A stretch of DNA of 64,000 bases, taken from assembly GCA_017430325.1 (NCBI GenBank), contig JAFRNE010000002.1:2386-66385 (forward strand), given 5' to 3'. A program made the translations under genes and the position numbers. Positions 19,810 to 30,043 of this stretch are shown piece by piece. Within the stretch, counting starts at the first letter, position 1, and each line of letters opens with the position of its first letter. The stretch is from Eubacterium sp. (GTDB lineage Bacteria; Bacillota; Clostridia; Lachnospirales; Lachnospiraceae). The notes beneath the pieces were generated by a model. The model saw only the letters and a list, made by a program, of their open reading frames with translations. It was not told where the DNA came from and ran no database searches.

Positions 19810-19980
19810 CTAAGCATTATCGCTGTTTTGATTGGTAACCCTGTGAAATTCCTTAAGTTCCTCACCGCTTATTTCCGGACAATCATCATCAAATACAACC
19901 GGTCTATCCTTCAAATCATTGAGCTTTTTCTTTTCTTCAACAGTCAGCGGAGCCTCAAAATCAACATTCTTCCTTACCAT
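19810..19980 (-). CDS. Small BrnA-antitoxin-like protein lacking the C-terminal RHH (56 aa; absent from ORF track)
   Basis: Manual translation MVRKNVDFEAPLTVEEKKKLNDLKDRPVVFDDDCPEISGEELKEFHRVTNQNSDNA*, with a strong AGGAGG RBS. Family call is from recall of the RP.V.D.DCPE motif. Confidence 0.55.
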   Translation of the reverse strand: MVRKNVDFEAPLTVEEKKKLNDLKDRPVVFDDDCPEISGEELKEFHRVTNQNSDNA

Positions 19981-20142
19981 TTTATCCCTCCTTATTATCC
20001 CTATTTTGTTTGTTTATCAGAATAAATACCCATGCACCCCTTCTACGCGTTGCGTGTCTGTAAGATTACTTTACCGCATCCTCGCCTGCGGCTCAATACC
20101 AATTACACACCCAAATATTCAATGTACAATTTTCTAGACAGC

Positions 20143-20170
20143 AAAAGACCGGTGGGTTGCCCCACCGGCC
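20143..20170 (-). terminator. Intrinsic terminator after the giant surface protein gene
   Basis: Minus strand CCGGTGGG-gca-aCCCACCGG followed by TCTTTT. Confidence 0.75.
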
Positions 20171-20188
20171 CAGATTAAAACTTAATTA

Positions 20189-23100
20189 TTACTCCTTCTT
20201 CTTTCTCTTCTTACCGAGGATGATGAAGAAGGTTGCTGCAGCTATAAGAAGTGCTGCGCCGCCTGCGATGAGGAGCCACAGCCAGCTGCTTGTCTTACCG
20301 TACTCAAACTTGATTGTCATGGTTGACTCATTGCCTGCATCATCGACTGCCTCGATAACCAGCTCGTAGTCGCCCTTATCACGAACCTCAAGTGTTGCGG
20401 TATTGTTTACGATAGCGATCGCCTCACCATTCAGCTTAACTGACTTTAATGAATCCTCTGTCAGCTGAAGTGATACAGTGATCGTTGTTGGCTCCTGAAG
20501 GTTATCGTCCTCCTCAACTCCCGTTACGATGATACCAGGTTTAACTGTATCAAGTATGAAGTAGAAGCTTCTCTCTGCTGTATTTCCAACCTCGTCCTCT
20601 GCGGTGATCTTAAGAGTATGGAAACCATCCTCGATCTCTGAAAGTCCATCGTAGAGAACTCCGTCCATATACATCTTGTAGCTTACAGTTGTCAGATCAG
20701 TAACGATATCGTCTGCCTCGTAGTCGAACTCGAAGTTGCTGAAGATCGGGATCAGCTTCTTGGCGTCCTTATCATTTGCCGCAACTGCGTCTGTGTATGC
20801 CTTGTAGTCTTCCTCGTCGGCAAGCTCCTCAAGATCCTTGATCAGAGGCTTTGTCTTGTCGATGGTGAACTGAACTGTCTGAACGGTCTCATTTCCGGCA
20901 ACGTCCTTGGATGTTACCTTGATGTTGTAGATTCCGTCCTCAGTAAATAACTGCTCGAAGTTAGCCGAAGCTGTTCTTGTGAGCCTTGAGTAATCATCAA
21001 ATACGATTGCCTTGCCCTTAGGATCATCAAGAGTCTTTACAGTACCCTCAAGCTTAACGTTGTTTCCGAGGTAGAAGGTCTCATCAACCTGTACACCGAA
21101 GGAAACGTCTTCATCTGTGAGGTATCCGTCAACACCCGAAAGGATGATGACCGGTGCATTTTCATCAAGGATGAAGGTGAAGGATTCAGTTGCCTGGTTG
21201 CCCGCCTTATCCTGTGCCGTGAACTCGAATCGGTACTGACCATCCTCCTTGAAGGTCTCAGAAAGTGCTGTGCTTGCGCCGCTTGCGGTAATCTCAACCG
21301 TTCTGATCGGTGTCTCGCCCATACCATCAACCTTCTGGTAGATCTTAACTGTTGCGGAGGTCATATCCCAATAGAAGTCCTCGAGCATATTGTAAGTGAT
21401 CGTTGTATCCTCTGCTGCCGTCGCATCTCTTGTGATACCTGAGAATGACAGCTGCGGAGCAGTCTTATCAACTCGGAAGGTAAGAGTTATAGGATCACTC
21501 TTATTTCCGGCTCTGTCGATAGCTGTGTATGTGATCTCGTAATCAGCTTCTGTTGTGTATGAAACTGCGCCCTCAAGAGCTCCCGTCTCCTCTGAAGTCT
21601 CAGCCGATGCAGAAGGTCTTGTCATCTTAACAATCCTTGTAACATCGTCTTCATCCTCATTTGTGTCGCTTACCGAAAGGTAAACAGATGCGTCAGTCTG
21701 AAGGAACTGCTCGGTAATGCTTGACGAATTGTTGAGTGTTGCTGAAAGTCCTGGAGCTGACTTGTCGATGATGAAGCTTACTGACTTGGAAACGGCTTCA
21801 TTTCCTGACATATCAGTTACTATGATCTTGACAACGTGCTCACCCTCATCGGAAACTGTCACGCTGCTTGCAGTTCTCTCGTCACCACTGCCTGAGAAGG
21901 TTACCGGAATAACCTCGTCATTATCTGTTACTACTATCTTCGATACGTTGTAATCAAATACTGCCATATCCATCGCAACGCTCTCGTTATAATACTGACC
22001 ATATGTATAAGCGGTGTTGAAATGTCCGTTTGTATTTGAATACTCGTTATGGTATTTGTCGATCTTTGCAGGTGCCTTCGTCGTGATCCTGATATCAGAC
22101 TGTGGCTTTGTGTTATCGATCGTGAAACCGATCTTAGCCGTTGAAGAGTTGCCTGCTCTGTCGACTACTGTGTAAGTTACTGTGTAATAAGCGTTCTGCT
22201 TATAAGTTTCCTGAAGAGCTGTTACATAAGACTTATCGGTCTTGGTAGCCGAATGATCTGACGGAACTATCTCGTAGTAGCGAAGAACGTCGTCAGCGTC
22301 ATGGTTCTTATCCTCTATCTTCAGTCCGACAACTGCATCCGATGCGCAGTATCTGTCGGTTGCGCTGTACTTCTCACCATCAAGTGTTGTGGTAAGTGCC
22401 GGCGCCGTCTTGTCGATGATGAAGCTGAGCTCTGAGCTCTTTCCTGTATTTCCGGACTTATCAACCGACTCGGCCTTGATAATATGAGAACCCTCTTCCG
22501 AAACAGTGATCTCAGCCGTGTACAGGCCGTTGCCCTGATCCTTGAACTCAGGTGTCACCTTTTCGTCGTTGTCGTAAACGGTAAAGTCCTTAACATCATA
22601 ATCAAATACAGAAATCTTTACCTTTACATTTTCCTTATAATACTGGCCGTACTCATAACCGTCCTTGTCTGTTGTGAAGTAACCTTCAACCGCCGGCTTG
22701 TAAGTTCTCTTGAACTTGTCGATCTTAGCAGGCTTAGAGGTTGTGATCTTCAGATCGATTTCCGGCTTCTGATTATCAATAACGAAGCTTGCGCTGTCGC
22801 TTGATGAATTACCAGCCTTGTCGATTGCAGTGATCTTAACCTCGTAGGTACCGTTCTCCTTGAAGGTCTTCTTCGCATCATCGTAAAGCTCTTCCGGTAC
22901 AGGATCCTTCTTAGAACCGCCTGCAGGTGTAAATACATATGTGATCTTTACATCTGTAGAGTCCTTATTAGTATCTGTGAGCTTGTATCCGATAGATACA
23001 TCTCCGTCAACACGGAGCATATCTTCAGGATCAGTCTCACCGTTAAGTGTAAGGTCGAGAGTTGGGTTAGTCTTATCGATAGTGAACTCAACCGGTGTTG

Positions 23101-26100
23101 ATGTTCCCTGACCGGTTGCTGTATCAGTAGCCTCAACTACTATCTTATGCTTTCCTTCTTCAGAAACCTTGATCTTTGCGGTGTATTCACCATTTGAGCC
23201 TGTGAAGTCTGCCGCGATCTTTTCACCATTATCTTTAACGGTGATCGTATCTTTGTTGTAATCAAATACCTTTAATGTAAGCTCAACGTCCTTATTAAAG
23301 AACTGGCTGTAAGTATAAGTTGTATTATAATGAGTTCCTGTGTGCTTATACTCACTGGTGAACTTATTCTTTGTTGCTGCCGTGTCAACCTTAACGTCGA
23401 TGTCAGGGTTAACCTTGTCGATCATGAAGTATACCTTGTCGGATGTAAGCTTATTTCCCGCATAGTCAGTAGCCTCAACCCAAACACAGTACTCACCATC
23501 TTTTTCGAAGGTCAGATTGTTTGGCTTTACTCCACTAAAGGTTATCTGCTTAGGGAAGGTTTCTGTCTCAGAACCGGTAGCAGATTTGAATGTTCCGCAA
23601 AGATATACATCCTTCTGATCAAGATTTTTATCTTCATCATCCAGTGCCGGCATGTTTACTCTGACTGTTGTATTGTAAATATAATGTGTTGCTTCTGAAT
23701 TCTTCTCCTGTACTGATTCATTAAGCGAAATGTTTGTTGTTGGAGCAGCTTTGTCGATTGTAAACTCAACCTTCTGTGTCGCACGAACGTTAGCCGCTGT
23801 TCCGGCATTATCAGTTGCTGCGATTGTTACAGAATGCTTACCAGCCAAGAACTCATAAGAACCTGTCCACGTCTTGGTTGTAGCATCATAACTCCAACCT
23901 AAGTTAGCGGTCGGAATTATTACATCATTGTCTTTAACAACAATATTGTCTGCAACAACGTTATCATCTACCACAGTAAATGTTAATGTCTTATTAACTC
24001 TCGCGTACTTATAGTAATCATAGTTACGTGCCGCATCATCAGTTACATATGAAGCCTTAACTTCATCGCCATGTGTACCTGTAGACTTCGGATCTGTAAG
24101 AACTTTTGCATTTATATCAGCAATTGGAGCAGTTCCATCAATGATGATTGTAATCGTCTGAGTTCCTAACTCATTGTTAGCGATATCATATGCATCAAGT
24201 GTTAATACATAAGTACCTTCTACAAGTTCAACTCCGGCATCATCTCCACTTACTATCTTACTAAGCTCCCTCGTGAAGTACTCTCTTGTTACACGTCCTG
24301 ATCCACCTACTGGATTATTAACAACATATCCTGTATAAGTCTCAGATTTAATAATTGAATCATAATTACTTGGAGCCGATATACACTTAATAATCACATC
24401 GTTGACATGCATATTATCAGTAATGGCTGCACTAACACTAACATCACTTGTAACAGTAAATGTCGTTTTGTCAGCAGTTACATCCTCTGTTCCTACCTTG
24501 AATGTACCATCTGCAATGGCCGGTTTAATACCATCGACCTTAATCTTTTTATTGTCATTAGTATATGTATTGCCAAGCTTATCCTTGATAGAGAAGCTTA
24601 TTGCCGTTCCTTCCAGCTCTGTAGAATTATTAACTTTGAACAGGAAGCTATATGGTTGTCCGCCATTATTCACTGTAGTTGGGAAAGTAGCACTGTCAGG
24701 AACTACCATTCCACTATACGCAGGATTACCATTCGCCCCATCATTAACAAGATCAATATCGGCAGGAAGTCCAACATTTGCATCGGTAACACTTGAAAAA
24801 ATCAGATAAACATTCTTATACCATGAATCATAATCTGTTATTTTATTATCATTAGTAGTAAAACTACTGTTATATCCCGTAACATCGCCTGTCGGATTTG
24901 TAATATCAGCATAGAATACTGAAGCAGCTTCAGTACTTGTTGATGTCTGACCAAATACATTAGTAACCGATACATGATCAAGTGTTATGCTTCCCGTTGC
25001 GATATCAACCTCAGGAGTAGTAAATGTATAAACATACTTACCCGACTCTGTCGTTGTTGTATCACATGTAATAGTGCCAATCGAATTGTTTTCTGAATCT
25101 ACACCAACTATCGATGCTGTATCCAATGGCACTTCTGATTTAACTGTAATGGTGAAGAACAGCTTTATGCCCGAACCATCAATATTGTTATAATTAGCGT
25201 ATGTATTGGAATCAATAACTACGTTATCCTTTGTTCCACTTGTTGATGGTACAAACGAAATTTCTGCATTCTCGTTATAGAATGTAAGTGTTTTTGAAAC
25301 AGTCGCTGCAGAATTTTCATCATTATCCTTTACATTGATTGTGAGATCATATTCCCCACCACCGACAGCAGGAGTAAGATCATTAGCAGGAATATCTATG
25401 TAGTAATATCCAGGTTTATCATCATCCGTACTATCCGGATCACCTATATCAGGTTTAACAGCAGGAGTGCTGCTTGTGGTATATGTCTTATCAATTAATG
25501 TACCATCTGATCCACCCACAAGTGTGACAGAAATATCATCCTCATTAATACCCGATCCAGTCATGTAATTATCAGCCGGTGGGTCATCATTTAATCTAAA
25601 ATATACTCTGACACTCTTTTTGCTTGTAAGCTTCTTTGTGTCTATAGCTATGCTTTCAAGAGCGTTATCATTATTCTGATCCTGAAGAATATCAACCTCA
25701 CTTATAACAGGTATTTTTTCGTCATGGAAAAGTAATACACCGGCAAAAGTACTATCAGCATTTATATTATCTTTTGCTGTAATCGTGAAGCGAGCAGAAT
25801 TACCATTTACTGCCCATGCGTGAAAATTCGACAGGTAATCATTTTCTTTAAAATTAATATGAAGTACATAAGATCCATCTTCAGCTTTGGTTATATATCC
25901 CGCCGTATTGTTTTCATTAACTGTATAGTTAAATGATTTCGTTATCTCAGTACCATTTGTTTTGGTGTATACAATGTCTACCGTCACCTTAGTTAGATTT
26001 GGATCTTCAGCCTTGAATCCGATATCAAACGACTTATAACCACTTTCTGTGGTGCCAGCATAAAGCTTATGTGAGTTACCGCCCGATGTTATTTCAGTTT

Positions 26101-29100
26101 TGCTTTCTTCTTCACCGATAGTCTGACTGACATAAACATCACTTATAATAGGTGAAGCTTCATCGATAAACGGAATCTCTTTTGTCAATTCTGTAGCTAT
26201 AGCCTCAGCCTCATTGTTATCTTTGTCTTTAGCTGTAATCACACAGTTAAGCTTACAATTCTGTTTTGCCTTTACGATATCTTCTGAGCTTAAGGTTATC
26301 TCCGTACTATAGTGCTTTCCGCTACCGTAGGTGTCGTTATTAATAGTTCCAACTGGCGTAAAACTGGTAGCTTCTGTATCACCTACTTTAAGTGTATAAC
26401 TATCAAGATTTACTTCGAAGATATCAAATTCAACAGTAAACTTGGTATCTGAATCTACTGCTAAAATTTGATTTGCCCTCTCTGCCTCATCATCACTAAG
26501 TGTTGACACCAGAGTTTTCTTTACCCCACCGATTTCCTGGGTGATTAATACATTATCAACAACCGGATTTACTTCATCAACAAATGGGATATCATTTGTT
26601 ACCTGATCAGCCACCTCTTCAGCAGCGTTTTCTTTATCCCTAGCAGTTATTGTATATGTCAGCTTACCATTTCTTTTTGCAGCAATTTTGTCATCCGAAC
26701 CAAGTGTAATTGTTGCTGTATATGATGCTCCCTTGCCGTACGTCTGATCAACTAAAGGTGTACCATCACTAAGACTAACAACCGTTGTTGTATCTGTTCC
26801 AATAGCAAGTACAACTGATTGAATATCTTCTTCATACACATTAAACTCTACTGCTAATGGGTCATCAGCCTCGTATTTTGTTTTTGTTTCTCCGTCCTGT
26901 TTTACAACAACATCTCTAACAATCGGTTTAACTTCATCAACGAAAGGAATTTCTCCTGTCAAAGCGCCTTCTTCATCTACAGCGACGTTTCCAGCAGTAT
27001 CCGCCGCCGAGATTGTATATGCAAGAGTTGCATATGTTTTTGCTTTTGTAAGATCAGGATCTGCTAACTGAATATTTTCAAATTTGTAATGCTTCCCAGA
27101 AGTTATATCTGTTGAAGAGAACCCTGTTGCACTACTATCAAATGTGGTTTCACCAATTCGTAATGAAACCGTAGTATTATCAACACCTACCGAATCAAGC
27201 ACATCAAACTCTACAGAAAAAGCTGAATCCGCATCCAGTTGTAATATCTGAGATGCACTTTCCGCTTCATCTGTACTCAACGTTGGAACGAGCGTTTTTT
27301 CACCCTGCTTAATCGTTACATTATTAACAACAGGTTTTGTTGCATCATACTGAAGGTAGTACGGATCTGATGTGACCGAAACAACTGATGCTTCTTCGCC
27401 AGTCCCCTTCGTTCCCTCAGCAATAATATAAAACGCCTTCTTTTCCTCTGTTCCAAAAGTATATGTGCCTGTCCACTTACTCTTATCTGTTTCATTTTGA
27501 GTTAACGTGGCCAAAAGGGTTCCTTCTGTCGCTGCAGAATACACCTCCACACTCTGTTCGGTGAGTCCATCTCCAATATCAGCTGTCACAACAAGTGTAT
27601 TCTCTGTAGCATGATTTGTTAGTAATGGAGTAGCCTCATTATTCGGTACTACATTTGTGTTATTAATCGCCACATTATCTATTGAGATAGTATTATAGCT
27701 ATATTTAACAGTTATTGTGGCAACATGAGTTAATGTATTCGGAGCAGCCGCGCCATTAGTGATTGTCAATCTATACTTAACAATATCTCCATCTAAAATA
27801 CCCTCATCAGCAGGTATTGTATTAGTTCCAATGTATTTACCTGCTTCATTAACAACAAGGGTAGCAGAATCTACATCTGTATAGGTTGGATCACTTTCTG
27901 TACCACCTATTTTTTCCAATTTTGTTGTTGCTTCCTCATCAGTCGCTATTGTTAATACAATGTTCTTAGTCTTATCAGCATCATCAATAATTCCCGCTAT
28001 ATCATCTGCCGGCGTTGTAGCCATAAATAATACAGGTTCAGTTTCCCCTTCGCCAACATGACCATCATTAGCTGTAACTCTTGTATCAAGCTCTCTGTTG
28101 ATATTTACAGTCTTCGGATTTGTAGTATCTGTATAATAAACATATCCACCATTTCCATCACTAACATCTGTAACATACCTTTGATAAACATAGTACGTTC
28201 CATCATTTGGATAATATGTGGTTAATGCCGCATTAATAACAGATGCTTGATATGACGTCTCTGATGCAAGCTGATCAGCCGTTAACTCAACACCACTTAT
28301 AATAAATTCATTATGGCCATAATAGAATTCATTAGCTCCTGCACCAACACCCCACTTATCTGTTATTTCGCCAGTAGACGCATTTATTGTATAATTGTCT
28401 GTTGAGGAAGGAGCCTTTGTTTCACATTTAACGGTGAACACCTCTACGCCAGTAACCTCGTCAGCCAAATAATTCGTACCATTAAGTGCATTTTCTAACG
28501 CTGCCTTACCACCTTGACCATCTGAATCCTCATTCCCCCATGTATAATCTCCATATCTTTGACGTGATGCAGTATATGTTTTACCATCAACCATGCTACT
28601 GTTGAGCAAAGTATTGTCAAAGTTTTCAAATTTGTAGTTATAACTAATCGTTATATATGGTCTGTCCGTCGGGTTATCTACAAATGTATTATTTGGGTCC
28701 GAATATTTTACTGGTTCTTTAACCAAATTTACGCCATCCATTTTAATAGTATAGCTATCTATGTACATTCCTGATGGCTGACCATCATTCCACCCATAAC
28801 TCGTAAATGGCGGCTGCGGTAATTCAAACGATACCTTGTCATTTTGAATATAAACAATACAATCGTGATCTGTCTTGTCATAATTATAATAATCATGAAA
28901 AACTTCGCGAAGCTTAGCCTTACCCTCAGATGCGTCTATATAGTAATTAATTCCGCCTATTAATTTGCCATTAGTTCCATCAGCCAGAAAACTACTATCC
29001 GTTACACCTTCAGTTGTCCCTTCCCCGGCCTTTGCTACCTTCTTACTGTCATTCACCTTCACAACTGTGAAAACCATTGCCACAGCCATGATGAAGGCAA

Positions 29101-29161
29101 TTATTCTGTTTCGTATTTGTCTTTTTCTTCTGTTTTTACTCATACTGAATTCTACCTCCAT
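20189..29161 (-). CDS. Giant (~2990 aa) membrane-anchored surface protein with tandem Ig-like domains
   Basis: Signal peptide (probable start MSKN at 29143, after GGAGG); many D(K)xxP-ending beta-rich modules (IDKTAP, VDKTAP, DKAGN); C-terminal TM plus KKRKKKE; no LPXTG. Confidence 0.85.
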   Translation of the reverse strand: MEVEFSMSKNRRKRQIRNRIIAFIMAVAMVFTVVKVNDSKKVAKAGEGTTEGVTDSSFLADGTNGKLIGGINYYIDASEGKAKLREVFHDYYNYDKTDHDCIVYIQNDKVSFELPQPPFTSYGWNDGQPSGMYIDSYTIKMDGVNLVKEPVKYSDPNNTFVDNPTDRPYITISYNYKFENFDNTLLNSSMVDGKTYTASRQRYGDYTWGNEDSDGQGGKAALENALNGTNYLADEVTGVEVFTVKCETKAPSSTDNYTINASTGEITDKWGVGAGANEFYYGHNEFIISGVELTADQLASETSYQASVINAALTTYYPNDGTYYVYQRYVTDVSDGNGGYVYYTDTTNPKTVNINRELDTRVTANDGHVGEGETEPVLFMATTPADDIAGIIDDADKTKNIVLTIATDEEATTKLEKIGGTESDPTYTDVDSATLVVNEAGKYIGTNTIPADEGILDGDIVKYRLTITNGAAAPNTLTHVATITVKYSYNTISIDNVAINNTNVVPNNEATPLLTNHATENTLVVTADIGDGLTEQSVEVYSAATEGTLLATLTQNETDKSKWTGTYTFGTEEKKAFYIIAEGTKGTGEEASVVSVTSDPYYLQYDATKPVVNNVTIKQGEKTLVPTLSTDEAESASQILQLDADSAFSVEFDVLDSVGVDNTTVSLRIGETTFDSSATGFSSTDITSGKHYKFENIQLADPDLTKAKTYATLAYTISAADTAGNVAVDEEGALTGEIPFVDEVKPIVRDVVVKQDGETKTKYEADDPLAVEFNVYEEDIQSVVLAIGTDTTTVVSLSDGTPLVDQTYGKGASYTATITLGSDDKIAAKRNGKLTYTITARDKENAAEEVADQVTNDIPFVDEVNPVVDNVLITQEIGGVKKTLVSTLSDDEAERANQILAVDSDTKFTVEFDIFEVNLDSYTLKVGDTEATSFTPVGTINNDTYGSGKHYSTEITLSSEDIVKAKQNCKLNCVITAKDKDNNEAEAIATELTKEIPFIDEASPIISDVYVSQTIGEEESKTEITSGGNSHKLYAGTTESGYKSFDIGFKAEDPNLTKVTVDIVYTKTNGTEITKSFNYTVNENNTAGYITKAEDGSYVLHINFKENDYLSNFHAWAVNGNSARFTITAKDNINADSTFAGVLLFHDEKIPVISEVDILQDQNNDNALESIAIDTKKLTSKKSVRVYFRLNDDPPADNYMTGSGINEDDISVTLVGGSDGTLIDKTYTTSSTPAVKPDIGDPDSTDDDKPGYYYIDIPANDLTPAVGGGEYDLTINVKDNDENSAATVSKTLTFYNENAEISFVPSTSGTKDNVVIDSNTYANYNNIDGSGIKLFFTITVKSEVPLDTASIVGVDSENNSIGTITCDTTTTESGKYVYTFTTPEVDIATGSITLDHVSVTNVFGQTSTSTEAASVFYADITNPTGDVTGYNSSFTTNDNKITDYDSWYKNVYLIFSSVTDANVGLPADIDLVNDGANGNPAYSGMVVPDSATFPTTVNNGGQPYSFLFKVNNSTELEGTAISFSIKDKLGNTYTNDNKKIKVDGIKPAIADGTFKVGTEDVTADKTTFTVTSDVSVSAAITDNMHVNDVIIKCISAPSNYDSIIKSETYTGYVVNNPVGGSGRVTREYFTRELSKIVSGDDAGVELVEGTYVLTLDAYDIANNELGTQTITIIIDGTAPIADINAKVLTDPKSTGTHGDEVKASYVTDDAARNYDYYKYARVNKTLTFTVVDDNVVADNIVVKDNDVIIPTANLGWSYDATTKTWTGSYEFLAGKHSVTIAATDNAGTAANVRATQKVEFTIDKAAPTTNISLNESVQEKNSEATHYIYNTTVRVNMPALDDEDKNLDQKDVYLCGTFKSATGSETETFPKQITFSGVKPNNLTFEKDGEYCVWVEATDYAGNKLTSDKVYFMIDKVNPDIDVKVDTAATKNKFTSEYKHTGTHYNTTYTYSQFFNKDVELTLKVFDYNKDTITVKDNGEKIAADFTGSNGEYTAKIKVSEEGKHKIVVEATDTATGQGTSTPVEFTIDKTNPTLDLTLNGETDPEDMLRVDGDVSIGYKLTDTNKDSTDVKITYVFTPAGGSKKDPVPEELYDDAKKTFKENGTYEVKITAIDKAGNSSSDSASFVIDNQKPEIDLKITTSKPAKIDKFKRTYKPAVEGYFTTDKDGYEYGQYYKENVKVKISVFDYDVKDFTVYDNDEKVTPEFKDQGNGLYTAEITVSEEGSHIIKAESVDKSGNTGKSSELSFIIDKTAPALTTTLDGEKYSATDRYCASDAVVGLKIEDKNHDADDVLRYYEIVPSDHSATKTDKSYVTALQETYKQNAYYTVTYTVVDRAGNSSTAKIGFTIDNTKPQSDIRITTKAPAKIDKYHNEYSNTNGHFNTAYTYGQYYNESVAMDMAVFDYNVSKIVVTDNDEVIPVTFSGSGDERTASSVTVSDEGEHVVKIIVTDMSGNEAVSKSVSFIIDKSAPGLSATLNNSSSITEQFLQTDASVYLSVSDTNEDEDDVTRIVKMTRPSASAETSEETGALEGAVSYTTEADYEITYTAIDRAGNKSDPITLTFRVDKTAPQLSFSGITRDATAAEDTTITYNMLEDFYWDMTSATVKIYQKVDGMGETPIRTVEITASGASTALSETFKEDGQYRFEFTAQDKAGNQATESFTFILDENAPVIILSGVDGYLTDEDVSFGVQVDETFYLGNNVKLEGTVKTLDDPKGKAIVFDDYSRLTRTASANFEQLFTEDGIYNIKVTSKDVAGNETVQTVQFTIDKTKPLIKDLEELADEEDYKAYTDAVAANDKDAKKLIPIFSNFEFDYEADDIVTDLTTVSYKMYMDGVLYDGLSEIEDGFHTLKITAEDEVGNTAERSFYFILDTVKPGIIVTGVEEDDNLQEPTTITVSLQLTEDSLKSVKLNGEAIAIVNNTATLEVRDKGDYELVIEAVDDAGNESTMTIKFEYGKTSSWLWLLIAGGAALLIAAATFFIILGKKRKKKE

Positions 29162-29164
29162 TCT

Positions 29165-30037
29165 TTAGTCATCCAGCGATTCGCCGGTATTTACTACTGT
29201 AGCTGAGTAAATGACTGTAACCATGTCCATGTAATCGGTGTTGTCTTCCTCCTCTGATGTCATCTCGTCTGTACTGCCGATCGAGCTGCCCATATCATTT
29301 ACTATATCTGTTCTGTCGTTACTTGTAAGTACGGAGGTTATATCCTCGCCGTAGCTTCCTGTAACCTTACTGCTGATATCCTCAACTTCGATCGACTTGC
29401 CGGCAAGGACATCTGTAACATCCTCGTCGAGGTCATCATCGAAGAGATCATCAGACTCGCCGCCCTCTGAACCAAGGATTGCGGTTTCTTCTTCGTTAAC
29501 CTTTGGATCGTCTCTTCTGAGACTTCCTGTATTTCCTCTGAGGACGTCTGTTGTTTCCTCGTCCGGAGCCTCAGCCGATCCAAATGTATCCTCGCGGAGA
29601 ACTTCTGTCGAATCATCATCGACCGCATCAGCTGCACCTGACTTTGCAGCTTCCTCGCCGTTCTTGCCATAGCCGAGGATCTCTGTTGCTGTGTCATCAT
29701 TGATATTTCCGAAGCCCACATCCGGTCTTGGTGTGTATTTCGGCTTATTGCTCTTCTTTTCTTCCTTCTTTTCTTCCTCGAGCTTTCCGGAATCGGCTGA
29801 CTTCATCTCAGCCTCACGAACTGTGATCTTGCTTGTCGAATCATGAATAGCCTTATTCTTTGAGACTGATTCATAACCGCTCTTTCTGATCTCTTCAATC
29901 CTCTTTCTCTGAGTACTTCCTGAAAGATTTCCAAATACAGCCGGTATCTTCAACACGAAGAAAAGTACTATCGTAAGAATGAGGAAGATGACTGCACATA
30001 CTATGCCACCGTAAAAAAGTATTTTATAGAATCCCAT
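29165..30037 (-). CDS. Single-pass membrane protein with an acidic cytoplasmic tail carrying repeated T-x-[VI]-L motifs
   Basis: N-terminal TM followed by the basic stretch RKRIEEIRK; tail motifs ATEIL, STEVL, TTDVL, ETAIL, VTDVL, ITSVL. Confidence 0.75.
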   Translation of the reverse strand: MGFYKILFYGGIVCAVIFLILTIVLFFVLKIPAVFGNLSGSTQRKRIEEIRKSGYESVSKNKAIHDSTSKITVREAEMKSADSGKLEEEKKEEKKSNKPKYTPRPDVGFGNINDDTATEILGYGKNGEEAAKSGAADAVDDDSTEVLREDTFGSAEAPDEETTDVLRGNTGSLRRDDPKVNEEETAILGSEGGESDDLFDDDLDEDVTDVLAGKSIEVEDISSKVTGSYGEDITSVLTSNDRTDIVNDMGSSIGSTDEMTSEEEDNTDYMDMVTVIYSATVVNTGESLDD

Positions 30038-30043
30038 GCGTCA

